Positions 1 to 12,499 of a stretch of DNA of 64,000 nucleotides are shown one piece after another. The notes under the pieces were generated by a model, which worked only from the letters and a program-made list of their open reading frames with translations, ran no database searches and was not told the DNA's origin. Every line of letters begins with the position of its first letter. The stretch's first letter is position 1. The position numbers and the translations under genes were made by a program. Origin of the DNA: Octopus bimaculoides (lineage: Eukaryota); the NCBI RefSeq assembly GCF_001194135.2, contig NC_068993.1, forward strand, positions 11,393,592 to 11,457,591, written 5' to 3'.

Positions 1-141
1 ATACACACACACACATACACACACACATGCACACACGTATACACACATATATGTATGGATGCATGTGTGTGTGTATATATATATACATAAGAAATGTCTT
101 GCCTTCATCAGTGGAATATACGCAGATATCATATAAATACA

Positions 142-189
<48 letters not shown>

Positions 190-639
190 NNNNNNNNNNN
201 NNNNNNNNNNNNNNNNNNNNNNNNNNNNNNNNNNNNNNNNNNNNNNNNNNNNNNNNNNNNNNNNNNNNNNNNNNNNNNNNNNNNNNNNNNNNNNNNNNNN
301 NNNNNNNNNNNNNNNNNNNNNNNNNNNNNNNNNNNNNNNNNNNNNNNNNNNNNNNNNNNNNNNNNNNNNNNNNNNNNNNNNNNNNNNNNNNNNNNNNNNN
401 NNNNNNNNNNNNNNNNNNNNNNNNNNNNNNNNNNNNNNNNNNNNNNNNNNNNNNNNNNNNNNNNNNNNNNNNNNNNNNNNNNNNNNNNNNNNNNNNNNNN
501 NNNNNNNNNNNNNNNNNNNNNNNNNNNNNNNNNNNNNNNNNNNNNNNNNNNNNNNNNNNNNNNNNNNNNNNNNNNNNNNNNNNNNNNNNNNNNNNNNNNN
601 NNNNNTATATATATATATATATATATATATTAACAATAT

Positions 640-1150
640 TTTATATGCTTAAGGCTTATAAGCGATCACCTTGCAACATTGGATTTTCTTCCTCCGTATA
701 AGCGATCACCTTGATTTGCTATTGTTGAAGTCTTGCTGAAATCAATTATTATTTCGTTTTCACACTTTAACAGATGTACAGTCTGTATTTACTGTTTCTC
801 TTTGCTTAACAGAAGCTTCATAGCTCATTTTCAGATGCATATATCTCTTCATTCTTACTTTAGTGACTCTCCAAGAAACAACCTTGTTCTGTATATCATT
901 GGTAGTATTTTCTGTTTCATCTTTCCTTCTCTGAAGATCTAATAACTTCAGATTCCTTCGATCATTAATATTTGTACTGCTTCTACAATTTACTCATTGT
1001 TACTCTTAACAGTCTTCCAGAAATGTAGATCCATAAATTTTATTGTAGATAGAGAAAAAATGGATTTTCTTCCTCCGTATCTAGTGGATTTCAGAATACC
1101 TTTCCTATTTCACCAAGAAATTTTAATACGTTAGTATGGGATTCTGTTTA
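640..1150 (-). mobile_element. Highly decayed LINE reverse transcriptase remnant (RTE-like)
   Basis: The minus strand is purine-rich and coding-like. It contains LKFLGEI (cf. the FKYLG RT motif) and a downstream EASVKQRETV-like segment, with many stops. Confidence 0.3.
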
Positions 1151-1686
1151 CTTTAGATGTATATGTATCGCAAACAACACATCGCATAATGCAGCTATTG
1201 GAGTTGTAATTAAACCTATATACAAACATCTTTTGGTTTAAACATCACACGGAATCACTTGTAAAACTCTGTTTGACAGATACATGAAAGGGATCTTCTT
1301 GATATTTTAAATAGTTTCTGAATCATTTTCTACACTCATGCGAATATACACACAATGTAAATGCAAGTACAAATGGAAACGTATGTATAGACATACACAG
1401 TCATCCGTATGCATGGAACTACATAGAAGCACACACACACACAAGCATGCACGAATTTACATACATAAACAATTTACATACACTGATCTTTGAAGACAGT
1501 AACTAAATTTATTCCATCCCGTTTGAAAATGCTCCCCAGAGCAAGATTAGCCTCTGCACACACGAAAAGGTACCCAAAAGAAACCGGATTTATGCAATAA
1601 CATTTTACTCATTTTGTTTTATATGTTTACATATTTATCAACTGCAAAGTATTGTCCATTTGGCGCAATGCCTCGGTCGAGATTAC

Positions 1687-1986
1687 TAGCCCGCGCTCTT
1701 AACCACTACGCCATATGCTCGGAGCATATGGTGTAGTGGTTAAGAACGCAGGCTACTAACCCCAAAACTCGGAGTTTGATTCCAGGCAGTGACCTGAATA
1801 ATAATAATAATAATGATAATAATAACAACAACAACAACAACAAAACATCGAAAAACACCTTAGGAATGAGAATCCAGATTTGAAATTTCCCGAAGACACC
1901 TGATGAAGGCTGGAGGGTATATCAACCGAAATGTTGTGCTAACAACAAGTAAGCCGAGGACAGATATCGGTCAGATGTAAATAATG
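1687..1986 (+). mobile_element. tRNA-headed SINE-like element with (AAT/AAC)n linker and hammerhead-bearing tail
   Basis: A-box-like TGGTGTAGTGG at ~1729, anticodon-like loop CTACTAA, and B-box-like GAGTTTGATTCC at ~1772. An (AAT)n(AAC)n linker spans 1797-1845. The tail at 1851-1986 is roughly 80% similar by eye to 42770-42905. Confidence 0.75.
1895..1940 (+). ncRNA. Minimal type-I hammerhead ribozyme motif (slightly mutated)
   Basis: GACAC-CTGATGA-A-GGCTGG-agggtata-TCAACC-GAAA-TGTT-GTGCT. Core boxes and stems I/II are present, with about three substitutions relative to the 42813 copy. Confidence 0.65.
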
Positions 1987-1999
1987 GAAAAATAGAAAT

Positions 2000-2414
2000 T
2001 GAAACTGCACCGAGAATAGTTTAAATACATTTTATTAATATATTTGACGCTTTAAACAGTTTCGCAGTTTAAACTGATTTTCAAAATCTTCAAACAGAAG
2101 GACGTGGCTTATGTCGCAGCTGTCTTGCTTCTGACAAGTGTTTGAAATTTGCCCTATTTTGGTAGGGAGTTCATGGCTCCATTTAGTATATGTTTGGAAT
2201 AGGATTTGATTGATAGAGGATAGTTACATGACTGGTCTTACAAATGTTTGTAGGTTCCTTGCTATGTCTGTCCGTGTGTTAGTATCAAGTGACAATGTTT
2301 GGTGTCTTAAGTAAAGGCTGACACGGTTGACTGAATATGTCCAACCAATCAATGCTTCTGGATGTTTTCTGACATAAATCATTCAGAGCATTGATTGGTT
2401 GGACATATTCAGTC
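2000..2414 (-). mobile_element. Penelope-like element terminal (pLTR-like) fragment ending in an inverted repeat
   Basis: Degenerate TGAAGA...GCGAAAC motif on the minus strand (2049-2098) and a 28-bp perfect inverted repeat at its other end. The sequence resembles cephalopod PLE termini (recall). Confidence 0.45.
2329..2414. repeat. Perfect 28-bp inverted repeat with 30-nt spacer
   Basis: GACTGAATATGTCCAACCAATCAATGCT (2329-2356) and its exact reverse complement (2387-2414). Confidence 0.95.
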
Positions 2415-2893
2415 TTATACATGCCTATATATATANNNNNNNNNNNNNNNNNNNNNNNNNNNNNNNNNNNNNNNNNNNNNNNNNNNNNNNNNNNNNNNNN
2501 NNNNNNNNNNNNNNNNNNNNNNNNNNNNNNNNNNNNNNNNNNNNNNNNNNNNNNNNNNNNNNNNNNNNNNNNNNNNNNNNNNNNNNNNNNNNNNNNNNNN
2601 NNNNNNNNNNNNNNNNNNNNNNNNNNNNNNNNNNNNNNNNNNNNNNNNNNNNNNNNNNNNNNNNNNNNNNNNNNNNNNNNNNNNNNNNNNNNNNNNNNNN
2701 NNNNNNNNNNNNNNNNNNNNNNNNNNNNNNNNNNNNNNNNNNNNNNNNNNNNNNNNNNNNNNNNNNNNNNNNNNNNNNNNNNNNNNNNNNNNNNNNNNNN
2801 NNNNNNNNNNNNNNNNNNNNNNNNNNNNNNNNNNNNNNNNNNNNNNNNNNNNNNNNNNNNNNNNNNNNNNNNNNNNNNNNNNNNNNNNNNNNN

Positions 2894-2974
<81 letters not shown>

Positions 2975-2998
2975 AATCTATCTATCTGTCTATCTATA
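2894..2998. repeat. (TATC)n microsatellite
   Basis: Directly visible. Confidence 0.95.
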
Positions 2999-3602
2999 TA
3001 AATATATACATATATGTGTGTGTTTGTGTTTGTGTGTGTGTGTATGTATGTATGCATGTATGTATGTATAAGTTTACTCAGATATGAATTGGTATTCTGG
3101 AAGGCATGAGCAGAAAGCTACGGCAAAATAACTCCCAACGCAGTTGAGAGGGGCATGTGGTACCCGAACATGGCTGCATGTGTTTACATTTTAAGCTGCT
3201 ACAACGAACCAATGACAATGTTTCACACAAATAAATCCCAGCAACTATCGAAAAATTTGTGTGCGTTTACATTTGGAAGTATTCTCTTTCCACATTACCT
3301 TTCCAAACAATGCTTGTAACATACACAAAGCTTGTTTGTCTTGTCGATATATATTACTTGAGAAACCTCTAGGGAATACATATTCATATGTATTAAAGCA
3401 AAAGTTCTCAATACCGGTGGAAAATGTGAATGAAAAATATATCTCCAGAGGTTGTTAGGGGTTTCTTCGGTACATGTTTACATGCATTATACGGTTACAT
3501 TCAATATAATCCTTAAGAATGCTATGTTATATATATATATATATATATATATATGCAGATATATATATGAGTATATGAGTGTATGCATGGGTAAATATTG
3601 TG

Positions 3603-3633
<31 letters not shown>

Positions 3634-4609
3634 NNNNNNNNNNNNNNNNNNNNNNNNNNNNNNNNNNNNNNNNNNNNNNNNNNNNNNNNNNNNNNNNNNN
3701 NNNNNNNNNNNNNNNNNNNNNNNNNNNNNNNNNNNNNNNNNNNNNNNNNNNNNNNNNNNNNNNNNNNNNNNNNNNNNNNNNNNNNNNNNNNNNNNNNNNN
3801 NNNNNNNNNNNNNNNNNNNNNNNNNNNNNNNNNNNNNNNNNNNNNNNNNNNNNNNNNNNNNNNNNNNNNNNNNNNNNNNNNNNNNNNNNNNNNNNNNNNN
3901 NNNNNNNNNNNNNNNNNNNNNNNNNNNNNNNNNNNNNNNNNNNNNNNNNNNNNNNNNNNNNNNNNNNNNNNNNNNNNNNNNNNNNNNNNNNNNNNNNNNN
4001 NNNNNNNNNNNNNNNNNNNNNNNNNNNNNNNNNNNNNNNNNNNNNNNNNNNNNNNNNNNNNNNNNNNNNNNNNNNNNACAGATAAACGTATGCATATGTC
4101 ATTTTATTTCATTCTGCCTTAATAAATACTGGGTTTGTTTTTCTTTTATTTCTAGTTTGCAGATGAGTTAAAATCCTAGATCTCAAACGCAAAAGATTGT
4201 TTGAGTGTCAGATAAAATGCCATAAGTTTTAATATTCAACACTGTATGTTCCGAGTTCAAATGACTCTGAGGCCAGTTGTGCATAATATTTTTTTCTGTT
4301 CTCGATCAAATATTGTGACAGTCAAGGAATGCGATTGGTATCTTTGATTATTCCTGTCACCAAAATCCTTAAAGTTGGTCCAGCATAAGAAATTATACAC
4401 ACACGCAGGTATGCACGCGACCACACACACACATATACACACACACACACATGCACACACAAACACACAGAGTTAAATATACATCAATATAATGAGATCC
4501 AATCGGTCGAGGTCAACTGCTGGTTAGTATATACAAGACTTGTAAGCTTTACTCTAGTGAAACAATAATCGCTCAATAAAAACTTACTAATCAATATGTC
4601 AGATACACG

Positions 4610-4818
4610 AAGGCGGTGAGCTAGCAGAATCACTACAATGCTGTATAAAATACTTAGTGGTATTCCGACAGTCTTTACGTTCTGGGTTCAAATTCCGTCG
4701 AGGCCGACTTTGCTTTCCATCCTTTCGATAAAATAAATACCAGCTAAGCACTAACGTCTATTTAATCAACTTATCCGCTTCCCGGAACTTGCTGGCCTTG
4801 TGACAGAATTTGAAATTT
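4610..4818 (+). mobile_element. tRNA-derived SINE, family A (GGCGAGCTGGCAGAATCGTTAGC head), near full length
   Basis: Head AGGCGGTGAGCTAGCAGAATC, B-box-like GGGTTCAAATTCC, and body GAGGCCGACTTTGCTTTCCATCCTTTCG. Probable 14-bp target site duplication (TSD): TATGTCAGATACAC (4595-4608) / TATATCAGATATAC (4822-4835). Confidence 0.85.
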
Positions 4819-5228
4819 TTGTATATCAGATATACTTAGTCTGGTATCAACATTAAAAAGTAACCCTGTGTGTGTGTGTGTGTGTGTGTGTAGACAATAT
4901 ATATATATATATGTGTGTGTATATATTAGTGTACGTACTTATGTATATATGTATATTTCTTGAACCTTGCTTGGGAAAAAATTGCAAGTTTCTTTTCCTC
5001 ATATATTTGTTTTAACAGGATAACTTGTTGAGCCATGGTGATATTTCCCATTGAGTGTGAGATAGACTGCAGCCGTGATCTTTATATGTATATACTGCTA
5101 GTGAACATATATACTGCTAGTGAACACAGTGAACATAGTCAGAACAGAGTCTCACACTGTTGACAAACCCCATACAAAACATCAAAGAAAAACCTTCCTG
5201 CAACTGAATCTAATTAATTCTGTTTTAC

Positions 5229-5471
5229 CATTCTCCCTATAGACATAGATGTGCAGATAATCAAGGGTGAACGGCGATTCATTCGAACTCTCTAGCCAGA
5301 GAAAGTACTCCAGATATATGAACAATACAGCGATTCCAACAACTAATCTCAAATACACTAAAAGGAAATTAACACTTTCGATGTCTTGAAGTGAAAGTGG
5401 GCTCACGGTTTTAGTGTATCTTTCTTCATTGATGCAAGTGTAATTACCATACATAGCTTCCATTTTATTTC
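5229..5471 (-). CDS. Candidate host exon (Ig F-strand-like motif followed by a transmembrane segment)
   Basis: Acceptor ctttcgcatatttag|G and donor G|gtaaaa bound a 243-nt, phase 1-1 exon with an open frame: NKMEAMYGNYTCINEERYTKTVSPLSLQDIESVNFLLVYLRLVVGIAVLFIYLEYFLW... Confidence 0.3.
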
Positions 5472-6286
5472 CTAAATATGCGAAAGCTTGTTTACTTTCT
5501 GTTCCTGTATAATTTATTATAAATTGCGTAAGACATCTTCAGTTTCAATTGATAACAATTCTATTTCAATTTACGCAATTTAGTGTTTCAGGTAAATATC
5601 AGGAAAAAGGTCATCACAACCGTAGTTTCCTAGATATGTCATTGCATCTTATTATTAGTTTCTATGCATGTACATCGGATCGCCTGAAAATGAAAACAAA
5701 TTATCGCAAACAGTTGCACGTTGAGTCAACCAGAGATTCTTAAACTTATACAGGACCTGCTAGGGATAAGCAACTTCCAAATGCAAATCACATCCTACTG
5801 TCTAACAAAAAGGTATATATAAGCACAGAAATTAGAATGGGACTCGCATATATATATGGAAATGTACACACACATATACACACGCACATGAATATGTGCG
5901 TTGATATGTCAGTCCGTGTGTATATATACAGAATATATATAGGGGTAATTCACAAAAAAAAAAACAAAAAAACATCAGACGAAGACGGCTGGTGTAGAAA
6001 AGAAATAGATGTATTAGTATAACGCTCGGGAATTGACGTTTCAAGCCTACGCTCTTCCACAGAAAGGTACACAGAAAGAAACAAGGAGAGAAAAATGTGT
6101 GTAGTGGTTAGCGATTTATGTTTGATTTTGTGTGAATTTATAACCAACATCAAATGCACATTAAAGCTTAAAGATTAGACTATACTTTAATACATATTTA
6201 TTAATTTTAACAATTTTCTAGATTAATTATTCGAAGCTAAACATTGACAGTGACCTGATAACGCTGTCAGTCTTTTCCTGTCTAAA

Positions 6287-6590
6287 TTACCTATGTATGC
6301 AATAATGTCTGTATGCATGTATGCATGTATGCTTTTGTGTACTTATGCGTGTGCGTATATATGTGTGTATGTGTGTGTATGCGTATATGTATGCATATAT
6401 GTATGTATGTATGTATGGATGGATGGATGCATGATTTTTTGTATGCATATATGTATATATATATGTATGAATGCATGAATACATATGTGTATGTGTGTAT
6501 GTATATGAGTACATAATATATACATACACACACATTTATATATTTGTTTGTTTGTATGTGTCTGTGTGTGCGTATATGTATGTATGTGTA
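6287..6590. repeat. Compound (TATG)/(TG)/(TA) microsatellite field
   Basis: Directly visible; explains the overlapping low-complexity ORFs here. Confidence 0.9.
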
Positions 6591-7003
6591 CAGGCACACA
6601 CCTGTTTTTCTTTGTTATCCCTCCGACAATTTTTCTTTGCCTAAACCTTCATTCAGAAGTAGAGGGTATACGCGAAATATTTTCCGTCAGCATTTCCCTA
6701 TTTCCTGTGCATGAACTGAATACACTCTGTCTTTCGCACTTCTCTTTTATTTTATATCCTTTTAAAACACATATAATGATAGCCCTTATTAAAATCTTTG
6801 TATAATTTTGATGCATGTACCATGGTTTTGAAGCGATTCTAGAACTGGATTTAGTGAAAATATCCCGAAGTGCCGAATGTGGAAGGAAACAATTTCACCA
6901 ACACTCAGCTGGTACCGTGACTCATAAATCTTAAGCTGTTCCCAAGAATACAATGCACCACGTATCGAAAGCTCAACTTCATGGCCGTTAACCATAATAA
7001 CTA

Positions 7004-7034
<31 letters not shown>

Positions 7035-7323
7035 CTGTTTGTATGTATTTATATATGTATGTATATATGTATGTATGTATATATGTATGAATGTATGTAT
7101 GTATGGATGCATGTATGTAACTATATAAATGCATGAGTATGTATGCATGTACATGTGAGAGTGTGTATGTATCTATATGTATATACGTGTAAATACTATT
7201 TTACAAGCATACCTAGTTACATAGATACATATATACTAAACAAATACATACACACGCACCCCCGAACCACCCGAACTCCCTGCACACACATATATATATG
7301 TCTACACACGCATGCACACACAG

Positions 7324-7430
<107 letters not shown>

Positions 7431-8180
7431 TACTAAACATATTTATACATTGGTATTTCGTTTTTTTAGATGTAATAGCAGTTTCGTATATCATTGTTTA
7501 TTTTAGACACAAAAATAATCTTCATACCTTCTGGGTATGAAGAAAATTACATTGGGATTCCCTCTTTCTCTCTTTCTTTCTCTCTCTCTGCTTCTCTGTC
7601 ACATCCAGGAACACTCTTATACACACTCACACACTCTTTTATACACACATATACACACATACACACATGAGGATATAAAAACACGAATTTTGAAAATATG
7701 TTCTTGACTGTGGGAAAATGAGAATACAAATACTTAATTACTTTCTAATGAAGAATGGAAATGACTCCGGGGTATCGAGTGGAATTTACTCTTTTATTTT
7801 TATTTTTAGCCATTAGTTGTTGGCTCCCTTATTTTTGCTGCGTTCTTCTATGTTTATATACTTTCAAAATTCTCAGATATAACTTATTTTTCAGAAATTT
7901 TGTATCCATCCTCAACAAAATCGTCAGCAGATAAATAAATAAATAAATAAATGAATAAATAAATACGATAACGGCAGCACATAGTGATTTGTGACGCCAC
8001 ATCGAACGTTGTAGTTTTGTATTAATATATTCTGATGGTAATTGCAGAAATAGTTCCCCAAACAACGGTGATCATCTGATATTATTAGGGATAAAAGATG
8101 AATACAGAAGACTTCTATGTAAATTTGAAGGTATTTCGATGGTTATCCTAATCCTCCCCAACTCCTCCTCGTCCCCCACC

Positions 8181-8284
8181 TCTTCTTCTTCTTCTTCTTC
8201 TTCTTCTTCTTCTTCTTCTTCTTCTTCTTCTTCTTCTTCTTCTTCTTCTTCTTCTTCTTCTTCTTCTTCTTCTTCTTCTTCTTC
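8181..8284. repeat. (CTT)n microsatellite running into a gap
   Basis: Directly visible. Confidence 0.95.
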
Positions 8285-9676
8285 NNNNNNNNNNNNNNNN
8301 NNNNNNNNNNNNNNNNNNNNNNNNNNNNNNNNNNNNNNNNNNNNNNNNNNNNNNNNNNNNNNNNNNNNNNNNNNNNNNNNNNNNNNNNNNNNNNNNNNNN
8401 NNNNNNNNNNNNNNNNNNNNNNNNNNNNNNNNNNNNNNNNNNNNNNNNNNNNNNNNNNNNNNNNNNNNNNNNNNNNNNNNNNNNNNNNNNNNNNNNNNNN
8501 NNNNNNNNNNNNNNNNNNNNNNNNNNNNNNNNNNNNNNNNNNNNNNNNNNNNNNNNNNNNNNNNNNNNNNNNNNNNNNNNNNNNNNNNNNNNNNNNNNNN
8601 NNNNNNNNNNNNNNNNNNNNNNNNNNNNNNNNNNNNNNNNNNTATATATAAGTATGTTTATATATATGTAGCTATTATTTGACCCAGGACCATAATATGT
8701 CAACGTAACTCAAGGAAAATTAAGAATGTCAAATTCGCAACGGAAATGGATTTCGCAGAATTTTACCATGATAGGAATTCCTAACAGAAAGGGGGATTGA
8801 AAGTGATTGAGTATGTGTGTTTGTGTGTGTATGTGTGTGTGTGTGTGTCTATGATAAATAACAAATAACACAAGTGTATCAAATAAAAGTGAAGCCAATT
8901 TCAACCAAAGGAAAAAAGGAAAAGAGAGGGATCGGATGTTAGGGAAGCATGTCAACGTAACCTTGAGTATAAAATAACAATTTGTATGTGACATGAAGTG
9001 TGAATATAAGGGGAAGAATCAAAATTTAAGAAATCACAAGATAATAAACGAACAAATATCAAGGAATAAAGTGTCAAATCAGCTTACCATATCACGCCAG
9101 TGTTGACGATGTTGTAAGAAAAAAGACCAGTTTCGTTGATTCTCTGATGCTCAGATAAAAATGGTGGAAATCACATTATGTTGTAGAGATAGATACGGGA
9201 CGGCATCTATTTGAAGCAAGTAAGTAGGTAGATACGGAAAGCGAAAGCTTATGGGAAAAAGAAACATACAAGAAATAACGAGAAATAAGACAGAAGAAAC
9301 ATATAACAGAAACGTTTAACAAAGCATGGCCAATAAATTGTTGAGTTAACTAAGCAAAAACTAGCATTTATCGAAAGATAAACAAAAAATAGATTTCGTC
9401 TCCACCTACATTCACTGGATTTAAATGTGTATTTTCCTTATTGGTACAAGCATGAATGAGTGTTGGAAAGGGGTTTAATCAATGAAATTAACTCTTGTGT
9501 GTTTACTAGAAGAGGTTTTTGTCGGCATTGGCGTGGGTATGAAAGGAAGAGTTCGATATGATGGGATGCGAGTTGTATTGCAGTATCGAATTTCGTTTGT
9601 CGTTCCACCATTGCCATTGCATTTTGCCATCTGCATGACTCACATGCATGCAATGAATGTGTGCTTCTATTTCAAA

Positions 9677-9780
<104 letters not shown>

Positions 9781-10460
9781 ATGTATAGTATTTTATGAGA
9801 TATTTATTGTGTGCGTGTGCAAATGAATGAATACATTTATATATTTTATAATATATGTATATATATATTTCAATTTTGTATTTGGTTTGCAAGATTCTTT
9901 ATGTGGATGCGTGTGTTGAAGCAAATGTTATTGTGTCTGGGAAGGGTCATTCTCTTTTAGTGCCTTAATAATTTAACACACTCACCAATCTGATTTCCAC
10001 TCGTTTACTTATTTATTTGCACTAAATATTACGTTATATAGCTATTGTTAAATTATCATTAATGAAAATAGCGGCCAGCGAGAATGAGAGAATGTTGCAT
10101 ATAAAAACGTAAAATGTCACGTGCACTGAATTAATGCTGTTTACTATTAAACATTAAAATCTTCTCCGCAGTGAATGCAATGAATATTTGAATTTATGAA
10201 GAACTGGACGCAATGAATGCAATGAATATTTAAGTCTGCGCGAATTTGAAGTTAAAAAAATCAATCAATAAGCTTCAGAAATCGAAATTATAAGAAATAT
10301 CTTAGAGCATGAATTTATAAAAATATTTCGAGACTGTCAAGCTTTTTAATATTACTATCTTTTAGAACATTTAGTAATTGTTACATACCTAATTAATGAG
10401 CAGTTCTCTCTATTATAGTATAGATACCTGTATGTATATATATGTCTGTATATAGATATA

Positions 10461-10466
10461 TGTATG

Positions 10467-10509
<43 letters not shown>

Positions 10510-10535
10510 NNNNNNNNNNNNNNNNNNNNNNNNNN

Positions 10536-10618
<83 letters not shown>

Positions 10619-10620
10619 CA
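10461..10620. repeat. (TA)n / gap / (CA)n(TA)n microsatellite
   Basis: Directly visible. Confidence 0.95.
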
Positions 10621-12499
10621 TGATTATATAATAAGTGTGAACATGTAGCATACACTATTGTGAACGCATACCACTGAAGTTCTCATTAAAAACAATTTAG
10701 AGGTGAATGACTTCCCAAGACGTCAGCGGAAACATAGCAACCATTTTATCTCATGCCCTCACTTTTGACTCTGTAATACCTGCTGGTTTCTCCTCCTTAT
10801 CGTTCCCCTATAGAACTCAACTTAAAAATATCGATAAACTTAATTCCTAAACGTTCGCTTCTCTCCTTAGAAAAAACAATGATATACATGTTTACTCAGC
10901 CATTAAGAATAAAATTGGAATCTCTTTCAAATCCTTCGCGATGGATTTTAATAATGATAAGACGTAATGGTTGATGCTTTCTTACGTGTATGAATAATCT
11001 TACTGTATAGTAACGACTGGAATGTTCTTAATTTTAGATCTGAGCGTCAAGATTGAGCCAGGGTTAAAAAGAAACGACAATGATCGCAAAAATGAGTAAA
11101 AAAGATAGTATTAATAACGACGAGTGTGACAACATCTATGACAACAGCAACAATAACAATAGTAGCAACATATTGCTATTATCCATGAAAATACTGTAAA
11201 ACTGATAAAATAATGTTTTGTGAGATTTAAGTGTGACGTTTAAATGATCGTGGATTCGGGTTTTCTCCAGGCTAACTTACTTTAGATGTACTATATTCAG
11301 ACAAAGACTTCAAGCAGTGCAGCTAAGATATGATTGGTTACGAGTATCGTAGACGAATAAAAATGTAACAAAAAATACTATATTGCTACAAAAGTTTGAA
11401 ATGAATTATTCATATACATTTCTCATTGTCCACAGAAACAATATACGAACACAAACAAGAAGAACAGATCTACAATAGAAAGGTCCTTAGCAATAGGAGG
11501 TAAATATTTTAGTGATAGAGCTCAACAAGGGAGTTTGTCTAGTACTAGCTATTGATTGGGTTATTATATATTTCTTTCTAACGTCTGTATATTATAGCGA
11601 TAAACCGAAGGAAAAATGTTAAACGGACAAAGCTATTAAATACAATGGTCTTTTACTGACATTTCTCAGTTCCATTTCATTGGTTATGCTATTTCCTTTA
11701 TTTTGACTTGTTGTTTGTTTTGCGATGAATCTTGTTACTGATATTTTTAATATTATTCTCTCATTAGGACGAGAGGCGTGCAGCGGAATTAGTTGGGTGT
11801 GGAACAAAATGACTTCCGATATACTAATGAGGGCGTGAGAGTGAGTATTAGTAAGAGTGGATGGATTAAACGTTTTGCAGTATTTAATAACTTCCCATCT
11901 CTTTCTGAGTTCAAATCCCGCTACAGTTCACTCTTGATTTCATATATCCACAAACACGATCGATTTACACGATTCCATCCACTTACAAGGATGAAGGTGA
12001 TAGAGGGTATTTCTTCGAAGTGTATGGCAAATTGATCTATAGTATCAAATTGAAAACAAGAGAACTATCCTCGTCATATGCACTTGTAAAGCCTCAAGTA
12101 CCTCGTACAGCGAAAAGTGAAGAAGGAGAAGAAATGATCAAGGTTTGTTATTTGGATGTAGATCAATTGTGGACATTTGACAATTAGATTCATCTCGTAT
12201 GTCTAATATGATGGGATTACATATTTAAGTAAATATAGAGAAATTTAAGGTAGATTTTCTTGGTTTCTCTAGAAAAATGGTCGTAGCTGTTTTTTCCTTG
12301 AGAGTGCGAGATAGTGGTGTAAGACGACGAACGATTGATGCAGGTGTTGTTCCTGTCAGTTGGATAAAGGGAATCACATATCTCAAATCAGGAGGATACT
12401 CGTGGCATTAGGCTACACTGTATTCTCTAAGGAAGTGCTATATTTCAAGACATGGCCAATAGTTTTGTAGAAATGTATATTTCCTAACTGTATATTATT

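Noticed and set aside
1722-1796. tRNA gene (Ser-like, anticodon loop CTACTAA)
   Set aside because: No acceptor-stem pairing. It continues into a repeat body and has an inverted partial copy, so it is a SINE head. The same applies to 28346, 39588 and 55850-55916.
6789-7010. Minus ORF IMVNGHEVELSIRGALYSWEQLKIY..., and plus-strand PKCRMWKETIS resembling an RLE zinc knuckle
   Set aside because: No convincing splice sites or family motifs; neither reading is supportable without a search.
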